A stretch of 64,000 bases of DNA from Candidatus Borrarchaeum weybense (lineage in GTDB: Archaea; Asgardarchaeota; Sifarchaeia; Borrarchaeales; Borrarchaeaceae), in assembly GCA_019057385.1 (NCBI GenBank), contig JAHQJS010000005.1:256799-320798 (forward strand), given 5' to 3'. The notes beneath the pieces are model-generated. The model ran no database searches. It worked only from the letters and a program-made list of their open reading frames with translations, and was not told the origin of the DNA. A program made the translations under genes and the position numbers. Of this stretch, positions 1 to 10,258 are shown in pieces. Position 1 is the first letter of the stretch; every line of letters starts with the position of its first letter.

Positions 1-758
1 CATACAGTAAATGGAAACTTGATCAATCAGATCGCGTAATAAATGTTATAGGGAAGGAACAGACACTTCCACAACTTCAGATAAGAATAGCTTTGTATGT
101 ATTAGGTGAAGATGGTAGCAGACAGATTCATTATGCCTATGAACTTGTTAAACTTCCAGAATTCAAAATGTCAAGTCGAAGGGGACGTTATATTGGTTTT
201 GATGATCTAATAGATGAGGCGACAACGAGAGCTCTAGAGGAAGTTAACACCCGTTCACCGCATTTATCCGAAGATGAGAAAAGAAGTATTGCTGAAGTAG
301 TTGGGATTGGTGCTGTAAAGTATTCTATCTTAAACGCCGTGCCGACCAAAATTGTGACATTCACATGGAATAAAGTACTCGATTTTGAGCAGAATAGCGG
401 GCCTTTCATTCAATATGCACATGCAAGAGCATGTAATATTCTTAAAAAAGCAAAAAAAACTCCTAAAACAGCCAACTACAATTTGGTAGATGAAGAATTA
501 GAAAAACTTCTTGTCCAAAAACTTTCACTATTTCCAGAAATTATATCGAAAGTGGCTGAGGAATTACGTCCAGACATTGTATGTGAGTACGCAAACAACC
601 TAGCATCGATATTTAACTCATTTTATGCTTCTATACCGGTATTAGCAGCTGAAACCGATGAATTAAGGAATTTACGTTTATTAATTGTTAATAGTGTGCG
701 AATCGTGTTAAGAAATGCCTTGAAATTGATGGGAATTGTTGCCCCATCGAGAATGTGA
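1..758 (+). CDS. argS: Arginyl-tRNA synthetase, C-terminal part (begins before window)
   Basis: KMSSRRG (KMSKS-like) motif, GPFIQYAHARACNIL, DALR anticodon-binding domain; frame open from the window start. Confidence 0.95.
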   Translation, partial: YSKWKLDQSDRVINVIGKEQTLPQLQIRIALYVLGEDGSRQIHYAYELVKLPEFKMSSRRGRYIGFDDLIDEATTRALEEVNTRSPHLSEDEKRSIAEVVGIGAVKYSILNAVPTKIVTFTWNKVLDFEQNSGPFIQYAHARACNILKKAKKTPKTANYNLVDEELEKLLVQKLSLFPEIISKVAEELRPDIVCEYANNLASIFNSFYASIPVLAAETDELRNLRLLIVNSVRIVLRNALKLMGIVAPSRM

Positions 759-903
759 TATTCAAAAACAATCAGCGGGATTTTTTAGAAAAACTTGCAA
801 ATACTTCTTATGATATTGCAATCAGAACGATTTTGTAAAAAGATAATTTAAACCGCCACCTTTTAACTGATAATAAATTTCTGAGGAAATCTGGAGTCAT
901 AGC

Positions 904-1431
904 ATGAACCAAGAAAGAATTCACATTTTACGAAAGGGTATAAAGAAGACAGGTCCAGTTGTTTATTGGATGTGCCGAGACCAACGTGTAAATGATAACT
1001 GGGCGCTATTATTCTCTCAAGAGTTAGCATTAAAACACCCCTTGGCAGTTGTTTTTTGCTTAGTGCCTCAATTTCTAGGAACGACTATTAGGCAGGATGA
1101 TTTCATGCTTAAAGGTCTGCAAGAAGTAGAGAAAAACTTGAAAGAAAAAAATATCCCCTTTTACATGCTTACAGGGTCTCCAGAAGAAGAAATCCCCAAT
1201 TTTGTGTCAGAATATGAAATCGGCACGCTGATCACAGATTTTAGTCCCCTGCGCATTAAAAAAACGTGGAACAGAAGTGTTAAAGGTCATATTGATATCC
1301 CTTTTTTCGAAGTTTACGTTCATAATATTGTACCTTGCTGGATTGCATCGCCAAAACAGGAATATGCGGCTTACACTTTCCGACCAAAAATTCATCGTGC
1401 ACTAAAATTAATATTAACAATAGATAAATAG
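904..1431 (+). pseudogene. Class II CPD photolyase, N-terminal half only (truncated)
   Basis: [35 protein letters not shown]; stops at 175 aa with no FAD-binding domain downstream. Confidence 0.85.
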
Positions 1432-1440
1432 CAGCGCTTA

Positions 1441-1531
1441 GTTATTTAAGCAAGAGGGAGACCCTTGTAAAAGTGAAGCAATTCATCGCAAACTATCCCT
1501 CATGTGTTGGGGGTCTTCTTGCGAATGGATT
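1441..1531 (-). mobile_element. Orphan left end of an IS200/IS605-type element
   Basis: Reverse complement reads TTTAT..TCGCAAGAAGACCCCC..GATGAATTGC..TTCACTTT..CTTAAATA, matching the left ends at 28699 and 52122. Confidence 0.75.
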
Positions 1532-1728
1532 ATAAACATCCTCACTCTATTACTCATACGCGTTAACAATTTTCTTATTAATAAACATCAATATTTAATA
1601 CCACCTTACTATTATTCGTGCTTATATTGAAAAACCCCATAAGAGTTTGAGAGTTGATCCAAAACGTTTTTCATTTGATTAAGGGTGCGGTATCACCTTA
1701 GCAACCATACACTGATGTTGGTGACCAA

Positions 1729-2505
1729 ATGGGTGAGCAATCGGCAAAAATCCACTATACAGCATTTGTTGATAAGAAGGTAAAATACGATGATGAAGTA
1801 ACCATTGGTCCTTTTTGTGTTCTCATAGGCAAAATCAAGTTAAACAAAAAGGTTCGCCTATGTCAGAATGTTGTGATTTATGAAAAAACCGAAATTGGAG
1901 ATGCCACTTATATTGGCGATAACGTCGTCATCGGTCATCCTGACGTAGCACAGCTAGATTTGATTATGAGATCAAGTGAAGTTTTCCATCGTGTTATGGG
2001 GGAAAAAGTTCAGATCGGAAAAAACGTCATAATCCGTTCTGGGGTTGTTATTTACTGCAGTGTGAAGATCGGAGATTATACTAAATTGGGTCATAACGTA
2101 ATGCTTAGAGAAGAAACAGAAGTAGGTGAACATAGCCTAATCGGGACAGGGACAATTGTTGATGGAAACGTAAAAATTGGAAATCGTGTTTCCATACAAA
2201 GTGGCGTGTATATCCCTACATACACCACTATTGAAGATAATGTATTCTTAGGACCTCGTTGTACGCTTACCAATGATAAATACGTCATGAGAAAGGAATA
2301 TGATCTAACGGGGCCTACTATTGAAGCAGGTTCGAGTATAGGCGCCAACGCTACAATTCTCCCTGGGATCAGGGTAGGTAAAGGAGCTATTGTTGGTGCT
2401 GGTGCTGTTGTTACAAAAGATGTACCGCCAAGGACGATTGTGACGGGTGTTCCTGCTAAGACATTCAAAGAAGTTCCTGATGACTTCAAAATTCCAAAGG
2501 AATAG
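1729..2505 (+). CDS. Hexapeptide-repeat sugar N-acetyltransferase (WbpD-like)
   Basis: Left-handed beta-helix repeats, [20 protein letters not shown] motifs. Confidence 0.85.
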   Translation: MGEQSAKIHYTAFVDKKVKYDDEVTIGPFCVLIGKIKLNKKVRLCQNVVIYEKTEIGDATYIGDNVVIGHPDVAQLDLIMRSSEVFHRVMGEKVQIGKNVIIRSGVVIYCSVKIGDYTKLGHNVMLREETEVGEHSLIGTGTIVDGNVKIGNRVSIQSGVYIPTYTTIEDNVFLGPRCTLTNDKYVMRKEYDLTGPTIEAGSSIGANATILPGIRVGKGAIVGAGAVVTKDVPPRTIVTGVPAKTFKEVPDDFKIPKE

Positions 2506-2629
2506 TTTTGCTACAGCGTTTTTTATAAATCAGATGATGTTAGTGTTATTTCATTATGTTACGAAATGTTTTTAATTACAAAACTGAGAACTAATCCACT
2601 AATTAAACCTAAAGCGGACGTGTAAATGG

Positions 2630-4417
2630 GTGAGACTGAGAAGAATTCTCATTATGTTTATCTTAGTGACTTTCGTTTTTTCAATCATCTGCACTCTTCC
2701 ATCAACGGCATCTCCCGTAACAAAAGAGGTTTCTATTGCCGCCAGCGAAGATTTAATCAATAAAAATGTTGAGCGGGAAGTCACAATCACACAATATGGT
2801 TTAATTGTTATAAAGGATAATTATACGATAGAGGCAAAGAAGGCAATCAACGGGAGTGAAATAGTCTTTTTAAATGAAGATTCTAATAATATATTCCATT
2901 TATCAGCTTATGATGCAAACCGCACAGCTTTAGCTATGGGAAATAGGACAACCGAAGGAAATTTCATTTATCAGCCCCTCATCTATACTAAATCTGTTGA
3001 ATCATCCGAGTCATATTCTTTTGTAGTTGTAACTGCGCTCGCTAATTCGATTAAGCCAGACAAAATAGGAAGTACTACTACGACCCAGTATCTCCAAGCT
3101 ACATTTCGTCTTTACCCTATGTCCCCCTATTTTACAGAAGATGCAACGGTAAATGTCAAGTTTTTCGATGGTATTAATGTGCCTGGTACTCTCGAATTTA
3201 ATCCAATGCCTGACGAAATTACAGGTGGTAAACTCATTTATTCAAAGCAAGACATAAAGGAACTTGCATTAAGTGAACTATTCTTTGTGAGGTACCAAAG
3301 CAACAATCCACTATTAAGATTCATTACTGCTCAAAGAGAATTAGAAATCGATCCGTGGGGCTATATCTATGTAAGAGAGGCACAAACTCTAAAAAATATT
3401 GGTTTAAATCAAACGAATGTAGAGGCTATCAAAATCTCACTCCCACCAGGTGCTGATCAGATTCGTGCTCACGATTCTGTAGGTAACCTTTCAATCAGTA
3501 CAATTGAATCTGTAGATCTTGAAAAGCCTGTAAACATCACATTAAACCTGAGATATCGTGTAGGTGGAGGAGGCGAGGAATATTCATACTGGTTAAATTA
3601 TCGCGTCGGTCTTGAGAATTACACCCAAATTGAGAATGGAAGGTACGTCCTCAAAACATGGAGTTATTCAGCTAGTGATATTCCTGTGGATTCCTTAAAG
3701 TTAACAGTTATTCTTCCACAAGGCAGTTCCTTTAAAACAGCTCGACCTTATAATATTAATTCAACCTATCAAACTAACGGTAAAACAGCATATGTTTTAC
3801 AAGCCAGCGGGCAAAACGCTGCGATCGCATTCGGATATATATGTGTCGAGTATACTTTCCCTGAGATATTCATGTATTCACGCGGTTTTCTTCTCTCTTT
3901 TATTGTAGGAATTATTGCTTTGCTTTATGTAGTAAGTAGTAGGTATATACGACCTTTTCTATTGCCAAGTACCCGGCTTGAAGTGCTCCCTGCACCTGCG
4001 ATACCTATTGTAAAGACATTCTGTAGTCTTTACGACGAAAAAACGGCACTTCAATTGGAACTAAGACAGATAGCCAACGATTTAAAGCGAAAGAAGATCA
4101 AAAAATTCGATTATGCCAAACGTAAGAAACTCTATGAAGATAAACTTAAAGAAATTACACAGAAATTACTTAACTCGAAACGTGAAATGATCAATCTTGG
4201 CGGACGATATGCTGATGCTGTCAATAAAATCGAAATAAAAGAAACTGAGATAGATTCAGTGCGCGAAAACACTAAGCGTTTAATTGAACGCTATAGAAGC
4301 AAGAAAATCACACGTACTACTTATGAACGCCTTAGAAAGGATTATGCACGCGATTTACAAAAGTCAATGCGAGAAATAGACCGAATAATTCTAGAATTGC
4401 GTGAAGAGATACGATAG
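2630..4417 (+). CDS. Ribophorin I (OST1)-like oligosaccharyltransferase subunit
   Basis: Signal peptide, RELEIDPWGYI and HDSVGNLS segments resembling ribophorin I, single TM helix, C-terminal coiled coil. Confidence 0.7.
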   Translation: MRLRRILIMFILVTFVFSIICTLPSTASPVTKEVSIAASEDLINKNVEREVTITQYGLIVIKDNYTIEAKKAINGSEIVFLNEDSNNIFHLSAYDANRTALAMGNRTTEGNFIYQPLIYTKSVESSESYSFVVVTALANSIKPDKIGSTTTTQYLQATFRLYPMSPYFTEDATVNVKFFDGINVPGTLEFNPMPDEITGGKLIYSKQDIKELALSELFFVRYQSNNPLLRFITAQRELEIDPWGYIYVREAQTLKNIGLNQTNVEAIKISLPPGADQIRAHDSVGNLSISTIESVDLEKPVNITLNLRYRVGGGGEEYSYWLNYRVGLENYTQIENGRYVLKTWSYSASDIPVDSLKLTVILPQGSSFKTARPYNINSTYQTNGKTAYVLQASGQNAAIAFGYICVEYTFPEIFMYSRGFLLSFIVGIIALLYVVSSRYIRPFLLPSTRLEVLPAPAIPIVKTFCSLYDEKTALQLELRQIANDLKRKKIKKFDYAKRKKLYEDKLKEITQKLLNSKREMINLGGRYADAVNKIEIKETEIDSVRENTKRLIERYRSKKITRTTYERLRKDYARDLQKSMREIDRIILELREEIR

Positions 4418-4507
4418 GTTCGCGAACTTACTTCTTATGTACCTAAACTCATTTCAACTAGACGAGATGCGCATATATCTTCTTAGACACATTCGCGCCA
4501 TTTCAGA

Positions 4508-5389
4508 TCATTCATTTATTTTCTTGATTGAATCTAGGTAAAGTTTTTGCATTGTACGGAGATTTTTTAGATCGGCATCGATCCCTAGATCGTTCCTGGG
4601 GGTTTCTAAGATAAAAGGAAGTCCTTTTAGAACAGGATTACCTAAGATGGCTTTAAAACCCTTTATTCCGATATGACCTTCACCTATATGTTCATGTCGA
4701 TCACGATGGGATCCTTTCTTATATTTCGCATCGTTGGCATGAATCAGTTTCAAACGACCTGGGCCTATTGTATCTAAAATTTCAAGAACGAGTTTGTCAA
4801 CTTCCTTAGATTCTCTTAATTCGTAACCTGAAACAAAAGCATGACAGGTATCAAAACATAAACCAATCATCTGACTTGTCGGATTGTTTAAAGATTCGAT
4901 AATCCTTCTTAATTCATTAAAATTGTTACCCATGCTTGATTTGCTGCTGCCTGTGTTTTCCAGTAGAAGTTTTGTTCTACTCTTACTTTGTTCATACGCA
5001 TCTTCAATTGCGTTGCAGATTTGTCGGAGGCCAATCTCAAACCCTTTTCCTTTATGACTGCCACAATGTGTTACAAGATAGGGAATATTAAGAACGTCAC
5101 AACGCTTAAGCTCCTCTATTAAAACTTGAACTGATTTTTGATATATTTCATCTTCTGGGCTGCTTATATTGGGTAAATATGGCATGTGAGCAAACACAAG
5201 ACCAATGTTAGCGTCTTTGCATTTTTTAATAAAGGCTTGTGTAACTTTAGTATCTAATTCTTTGAAGATCCATGACCGAGGATTGCGAGTGAAAATCTGG
5301 AAAGTCGTACAACCTATCTTTAAAGCGCGATCAACCGACTTATCAATACCACCCGCAATGCTTACATGGAATCCTATTTTGAAAGACAT
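4508..5389 (-). CDS. nfo: Endonuclease IV
   Basis: GFHVSIAGG, HMPYLPN, LLEN, CFDTCH, HANDAK, DRHEHIG, LETP. Confidence 0.95.
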   Translation of the reverse strand: MSFKIGFHVSIAGGIDKSVDRALKIGCTTFQIFTRNPRSWIFKELDTKVTQAFIKKCKDANIGLVFAHMPYLPNISSPEDEIYQKSVQVLIEELKRCDVLNIPYLVTHCGSHKGKGFEIGLRQICNAIEDAYEQSKSRTKLLLENTGSSKSSMGNNFNELRRIIESLNNPTSQMIGLCFDTCHAFVSGYELRESKEVDKLVLEILDTIGPGRLKLIHANDAKYKKGSHRDRHEHIGEGHIGIKGFKAILGNPVLKGLPFILETPRNDLGIDADLKNLRTMQKLYLDSIKKINE

Positions 5390-5528
5390 TATTATAACAT
5401 CAAACTTCCATTCTCTTATTTTTTCGCTTCTAAAAAAGTTAATTTAAGATCAAACAATGACCTTTCACAACATTTTTAAATAACTGTAAAAGAAGAAAAA
5501 TCTTACACTGCCTTTTTATGATACGAAT

Positions 5529-5667
5529 AGCCCGGTGGTGTAGCGATGTGGATGATTTTTATCCCATTGCAAATTGGCCAAGCATAGTGGGCTTTGGACT
5601 CGCTGAGAATTATCTAACCTTATTACGATAATTCGCGGAAACCCCAGTTCGAATCTGGGCCGGGCTA
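5529..5667 (+). tRNA. tRNA-Gln(UUG) with two non-canonical introns (16/17: 5545-5573; 45/46: 5606-5640)
   Basis: Acceptor AGCCCGG/CCGGGCT, anticodon loop CT-TTG-GA (5594-5596), T arm CCCAG-TTCGAAT-CTGGG; both inserts fold as 4-bp helices flanked by 3-nt bulges. Confidence 0.9.
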
Positions 5668-5784
5668 TCACTTTTTCAAGCAATGTAAAACCATATGAAT
5701 AAATTAAAAAAAAGTTATCTAAATCACAATAGAAATCCGCATCTCAGAAAGGCTACACTTATTATATGAGTGACACGAAACGCT

Positions 5785-6054
5785 CTAAATATGGAAGGGC
5801 TTTCCTTTTTCAAGCGTTTCCCCTGGAATTTTGTCCTTAAATTTCTTCATAAATTCAAGATCGTCTTTTTCCTCGCGTAAATCGTCTGGAAGCATGTGAG
5901 GAATAGTTTCAATTATAGGGTACCATCTACTGCAATTGGAACAAATAAGAACTCCCTTTTCAATTTCATCATTTTCTTCGAATACATGCAAATCAAGTGG
6001 ATGATGTTTGCATATCGGACAGGCGAGGATCTCCATAAGTTTTCTTCTCATCAT
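5785..6054 (-). CDS. trm112: Trm112 family methyltransferase activator
   Basis: LMEILACPIC..G.LICSNC.RWYPI...IP.MLP. Confidence 0.9.
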   Translation of the reverse strand: MMRRKLMEILACPICKHHPLDLHVFEENDEIEKGVLICSNCSRWYPIIETIPHMLPDDLREEKDDLEFMKKFKDKIPGETLEKGKPFHI

Positions 6055-6155
6055 AGAACCTCCTAATACTTTCAAGAATAGTCTACTGAAATCCTTTAAA
6101 AATTATGCGTGCGTGTAATTATTAATTAGGAATAACAAATTTGTGTGGTAGCTCA

Positions 6156-7247
6156 ATGAATTTATCAGTTTGGGTCGACTATCTTACGCCAAAACAAGTA
6201 TTATTTTTCAGAAGCATTACTGAAAAACTCGAAAAAGATGGTTTCGAAATAATAAGAACAACGCGTGAGTATAGCGAAGTTATTCGAATGCTTGAATTAA
6301 CTGGCACTGAGGCAAGAATTATAGGACGACATGGAGGTCGTTCTCTAAAAGGGAAACTTATTGCAAGTGCGGAACGCATTATTGAATTGGCTAAATACAT
6401 TTCAACTAAAAAAATTGCATGTGCATTAGGTTTTGGCTCACCTGAATTGTCTCGTGTGGCTTTAGGTCTGGCAATCCCTCATTTTACGGTGAATGACTCA
6501 CCTCATTCTATTGCAGTAGCACGGCTTACAAGTCCACCTTTATCAGAACGATTGTTTACTCCAGAACAAATTCCAATAAGTGCATGGTTAAAAATAGGTG
6601 TACCACAGGATCAAATAACTCAATACAATGGACTTGATCCAATTGCATGGTTAAAAGGATTTACGCCCAATAATCATATTATTGAAGAATTAGGCCTCAA
6701 CCAAGATCTACCCATTATAGTCGCTAGAACCGAAGAAAAAAAGGCCTCGTATTTGCTTGATTTAGATCCCCGCCAAATCTCAATAATTGTCCCAATTATA
6801 AAGAAGATTTCTCAGGAATATCCTGGCTATCAGATTGTAGTAATTCCTCGTTATGACAAGCAATATTTAGAATTAAGAAAAACATTAGACGAAGAAATTA
6901 AAATTTTAGATAAAGCAATAGATGGTGCCAGTTTACTTGCATTTTCATCACTTTTTATTGGCGCTGGAGGTACAATGAATGCTGAAGCAGCACTTTTAGG
7001 TGTTCCAACGATATCTTGCTATCCAAAAGAGACTACTTATGTTGAACAGTATTTGATAAATGAGGGCGCTATTTACAGGGCAAAAAATGAGAATAAGGTT
7101 ATGGAAAAAACAAAAGAGATTTTGTCTAGGCCTGAAGAGTTTAAGGAGCAACATAAATTGGTTGCAGAGCGCCTTTCAAATACTATGGACGATCCTGCTG
7201 AGGTAATTGTGGAGTATCTTGAGAAATTTCTTACTAAAAAGTCTTAG
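6156..7247 (+). CDS. DUF354 glycosyltransferase-like protein
   Basis: VWVDYLTPKQ, IGRHGG, GAGGTMNAEAALLGVP. Confidence 0.85.
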   Translation: MNLSVWVDYLTPKQVLFFRSITEKLEKDGFEIIRTTREYSEVIRMLELTGTEARIIGRHGGRSLKGKLIASAERIIELAKYISTKKIACALGFGSPELSRVALGLAIPHFTVNDSPHSIAVARLTSPPLSERLFTPEQIPISAWLKIGVPQDQITQYNGLDPIAWLKGFTPNNHIIEELGLNQDLPIIVARTEEKKASYLLDLDPRQISIIVPIIKKISQEYPGYQIVVIPRYDKQYLELRKTLDEEIKILDKAIDGASLLAFSSLFIGAGGTMNAEAALLGVPTISCYPKETTYVEQYLINEGAIYRAKNENKVMEKTKEILSRPEEFKEQHKLVAERLSNTMDDPAEVIVEYLEKFLTKKS

Positions 7248-7251
7248 AGAA

Positions 7252-7530
7252 TTATCCTAATGATGTAATCTCACTTTTTTTCATTGCTGTTTTGAAATAA
7301 TTTTTTGTAATATGATTCCAGACAAAAAGCCATGTTATAAATAGCCCAATTCCAGTTGCTGCTTTAATAATTCCCGTAATGACACGACCCACATATCCTA
7401 TAATTGGAAGTTGAAGCGGAATGATATAAACTTCAAGAAAAAGAAGAATTAATATGAAACTGAACCATACTACAAAGAGAATACTACCTATTTCTAATGC
7501 GCTTCTATACTTCCATCTCATGCTTATCAA
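7252..7530 (-). CDS. Small two-TM membrane protein
   Basis: Two hydrophobic helices; co-oriented with the aglH-like gene. Confidence 0.6.
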   Translation of the reverse strand: MISMRWKYRSALEIGSILFVVWFSFILILLFLEVYIIPLQLPIIGYVGRVITGIIKAATGIGLFITWLFVWNHITKNYFKTAMKKSEITSLG

Positions 7531-7540
7531 TCTCCAAATG

Positions 7541-8527
7541 TCATACTGGTGTAATTACAACAGATATTACCGCTAATATTGCTGCAAATAAACTAAGAAT
7601 TGCCAAAATCTTCACTATATCAATTTCTTCAAGAGCCCCCCTTGCAAGTATTAGACGCGTTAGTGTTAGGGGCGCCTCTTTGTCAGGGTTTGCAGCAAGT
7701 TTCCCATCAGGCAAAATTGTAACAGGACGTTTATTCAATTGTGTTCTTCCTTTCAATCCACCAACGCTGGCCAAGATATGAAATGAATTCATAATATGTG
7801 GCATAAGAGCAATTATTGCTGCAATTTCTAACCTACCAATAACCGCAATGCCTCCAATTGCTGCTCCTACTGTGAAACTTCCTACATTTCCCGAAAATAC
7901 TTTTGCGGGATATTTATTGAATATCAAAAATGCAACTAATGCACCTAGTAACAATAGACAAAAAAGAATACCTGTTATGGAGTCTAGAATTATTGCGCAA
8001 ATTAAGAGAGAGGCAGATGCAATTATACATGTAATTGGCATTGAGCCGTTATATACATCCAACATATTTACAGCATTGGCGGGTACAGTGATTGCTAATA
8101 GTAATGCCCCCCAATAAATAATCGTTAATCGAGTTCTACCAATAATCGGAAGTAAAGGACGTGGCGTGACTACTTCAAATAATAATAGTGGAATAATCGC
8201 AAAAACTAAAATAACTGCCTTTTTTCCTGGTGAAAGACCTTTTAGATCATCATAAATTCCAACAAATCCTGCAATAAGGATTATACAAACAAAAGCTAAA
8301 ATTTCCTGAAAGTATTGACCTAAAATAAATAGAATAAGCAGTGAAGCCAAAATTAATCCCGCTAGGATTGCGAGTCCGCCCATTTCCGGGATTTCTGGTT
8401 TATTTGGCTTATGGATGTCGATACCGATAATTCCTTTTTTCTTTAGATACTTCAATAAAAATGGTATAATAGCAAAGGTCAGACCAAACGAAACAAAAAA
8501 GGATAAGGCAATAAATTGAGTCTGCAT
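7541..8527 (-). CDS. aglH: UDP-GlcNAc:dolichyl-phosphate GlcNAc-1-P transferase (AglH/Alg7-like)
   Basis: GIDIHK..PEMGG, GIYDDL, NAVNMLD.YNG, FNKYPAKVF.GNVGS; multi-TM. Confidence 0.85.
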   Translation of the reverse strand: MQTQFIALSFFVSFGLTFAIIPFLLKYLKKKGIIGIDIHKPNKPEIPEMGGLAILAGLILASLLILFILGQYFQEILAFVCIILIAGFVGIYDDLKGLSPGKKAVILVFAIIPLLLFEVVTPRPLLPIIGRTRLTIIYWGALLLAITVPANAVNMLDVYNGSMPITCIIASASLLICAIILDSITGILFCLLLLGALVAFLIFNKYPAKVFSGNVGSFTVGAAIGGIAVIGRLEIAAIIALMPHIMNSFHILASVGGLKGRTQLNKRPVTILPDGKLAANPDKEAPLTLTRLILARGALEEIDIVKILAILSLFAAILAVISVVITPV

Positions 8528-8620
8528 CTCTCTAGCAACCTTCCTTAAAAGTTGAACTGATCAAAAAAACATTCTACTATTTTTTAATTCTTTTCATTTA
8601 ACTTACAGAAAAAGAATGTT

Positions 8621-10153
8621 CTAATTAGATAGTTGGCTCATTTGGAATAGTTCAACAGTATAGGGTTGGTCAGTAGCTATAATTGAATTAAATTGGTATC
8701 TCTCAGTAAGCAACTGCAAAACTAAGTCATGGATGTTACTATCTACATACGGATCATCAATGAAATAAACTGGTTTATCAGTTATCCAATTTTCGATAAA
8801 AGGTAGTAATTCTCCAGTTATTTCATTTTCAGTTAAAGCACTATAACGAAGATAATATCTTTCATCATATTCTCGTGAAAAATACGGATGAAATAATTTA
8901 TCCCATGTCGCGTCTCCAATTATGAGCGAGTCAGGTTGTGTATTTGTATAAAACAGATCTCTATAGTAGACCAACCTACCCTTAAATGAATAATATTGTG
9001 ACACCATTACAATATTCATAAGCCCTAAAGTTATGAACAATACTAAGAAGAAATAGTAAAACACTTTTTTTGTTTTAATAAAACCAGAAAACCACATAAC
9101 GGCATTAAAACATAAATATGGCAAGATAACAAGCAAATACCTTGAAGATTCGATGAATAGATGCTCTATGTCGAATCTAAGATAAGAGCCACCATAGAAG
9201 ACAAGAAATGTCAAAATCATAAAAAAGCTAATGAAATGGACATCTTCGCCGAACTTTTTCCTAGTATAGAGAAATGCAGTGATAAGTCCAAATGGTGGAA
9301 ATAGATTAAGGATCAAAAAATAGCGAGGTAAGTTGATTAAAAGGCGTAGTGGATTGAAAAAGACCTCTCCAGTTAATTGATAGCCAGTTACAAAAAAATT
9401 TCCAAAGAAATATGAGTTATAAAGCGCAATTATCGATAGGAAGGGAATTAATGGAATATAATGCAGATAAATAGATAATTCACCTAATTTTCTCGTTCTG
9501 ATTTGATTTAGAAGAAACGGAAGCATGAAAAGAATATTAACAAGCTTCAATAAAACTGCAAATCCAAGCGATAGGGAAGAAATCATAAAATAAAGATACT
9601 CATTCTTTTTAGATGCCCTTAGGTAAAAGAAAAAGGAAAGAAGAAGAAATGTTGCAGAAGTAAGGTCACTAAAAAGCGTTCTAGAATAAAAAACCATTGG
9701 AGGGCATAATCCAAGAAAAAAAGCCCCTATTAGACTACATAATCTGTCTTTTGATATTTCCAACACACAAAAATATGTCAAAATAACCGTAAATATTGCA
9801 AAAACTCCATTCATGTAATATATGAAGGGATATCCCCCTATCAAATAAAAAATTGCTATTAGTAGCGATTGTCCTATAGGATATTTTGAAATAAACACGT
9901 TTGGTTTTGTTGTAGGCACAAAATTTCCACTTAAGAGAGGAGATTCCAGTTGGATTGTTATGGGATTTCCTTCGGCAAGTTGAATTGCAGTGAAAATATA
10001 GTAATACTCATCAGGAGAGGTATAGAAGAAAATCTTGCTAACAAAATAAAAAGGAGCACATATCAGAGTTAATATCAGCATGTCTTTTATTCGGAAATCA
10101 ATCTTTGAGAGAGACCTCAAGTTAAATCCCTGTATTCCTTGAATACGCAACAA
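8621..10153 (-). CDS. GT-C fold (ArnT/PMT-like) membrane glycosyltransferase
   Basis: PDE motif in first loop, KYPIG, many TM helices, RYLL.ILP. Confidence 0.75.
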   Translation of the reverse strand: MLRIQGIQGFNLRSLSKIDFRIKDMLILTLICAPFYFVSKIFFYTSPDEYYYIFTAIQLAEGNPITIQLESPLLSGNFVPTTKPNVFISKYPIGQSLLIAIFYLIGGYPFIYYMNGVFAIFTVILTYFCVLEISKDRLCSLIGAFFLGLCPPMVFYSRTLFSDLTSATFLLLSFFFYLRASKKNEYLYFMISSLSLGFAVLLKLVNILFMLPFLLNQIRTRKLGELSIYLHYIPLIPFLSIIALYNSYFFGNFFVTGYQLTGEVFFNPLRLLINLPRYFLILNLFPPFGLITAFLYTRKKFGEDVHFISFFMILTFLVFYGGSYLRFDIEHLFIESSRYLLVILPYLCFNAVMWFSGFIKTKKVFYYFFLVLFITLGLMNIVMVSQYYSFKGRLVYYRDLFYTNTQPDSLIIGDATWDKLFHPYFSREYDERYYLRYSALTENEITGELLPFIENWITDKPVYFIDDPYVDSNIHDLVLQLLTERYQFNSIIATDQPYTVELFQMSQLSN

Positions 10154-10258
10154 GCATATTAATTTTTATAAATCTATATAAAATAACATCGTTTGATGCG
10201 ATGAATCTGGTATATACTGTGGGGTGATGTGCCATATTTGCTCTACGGGTGATTTCAA

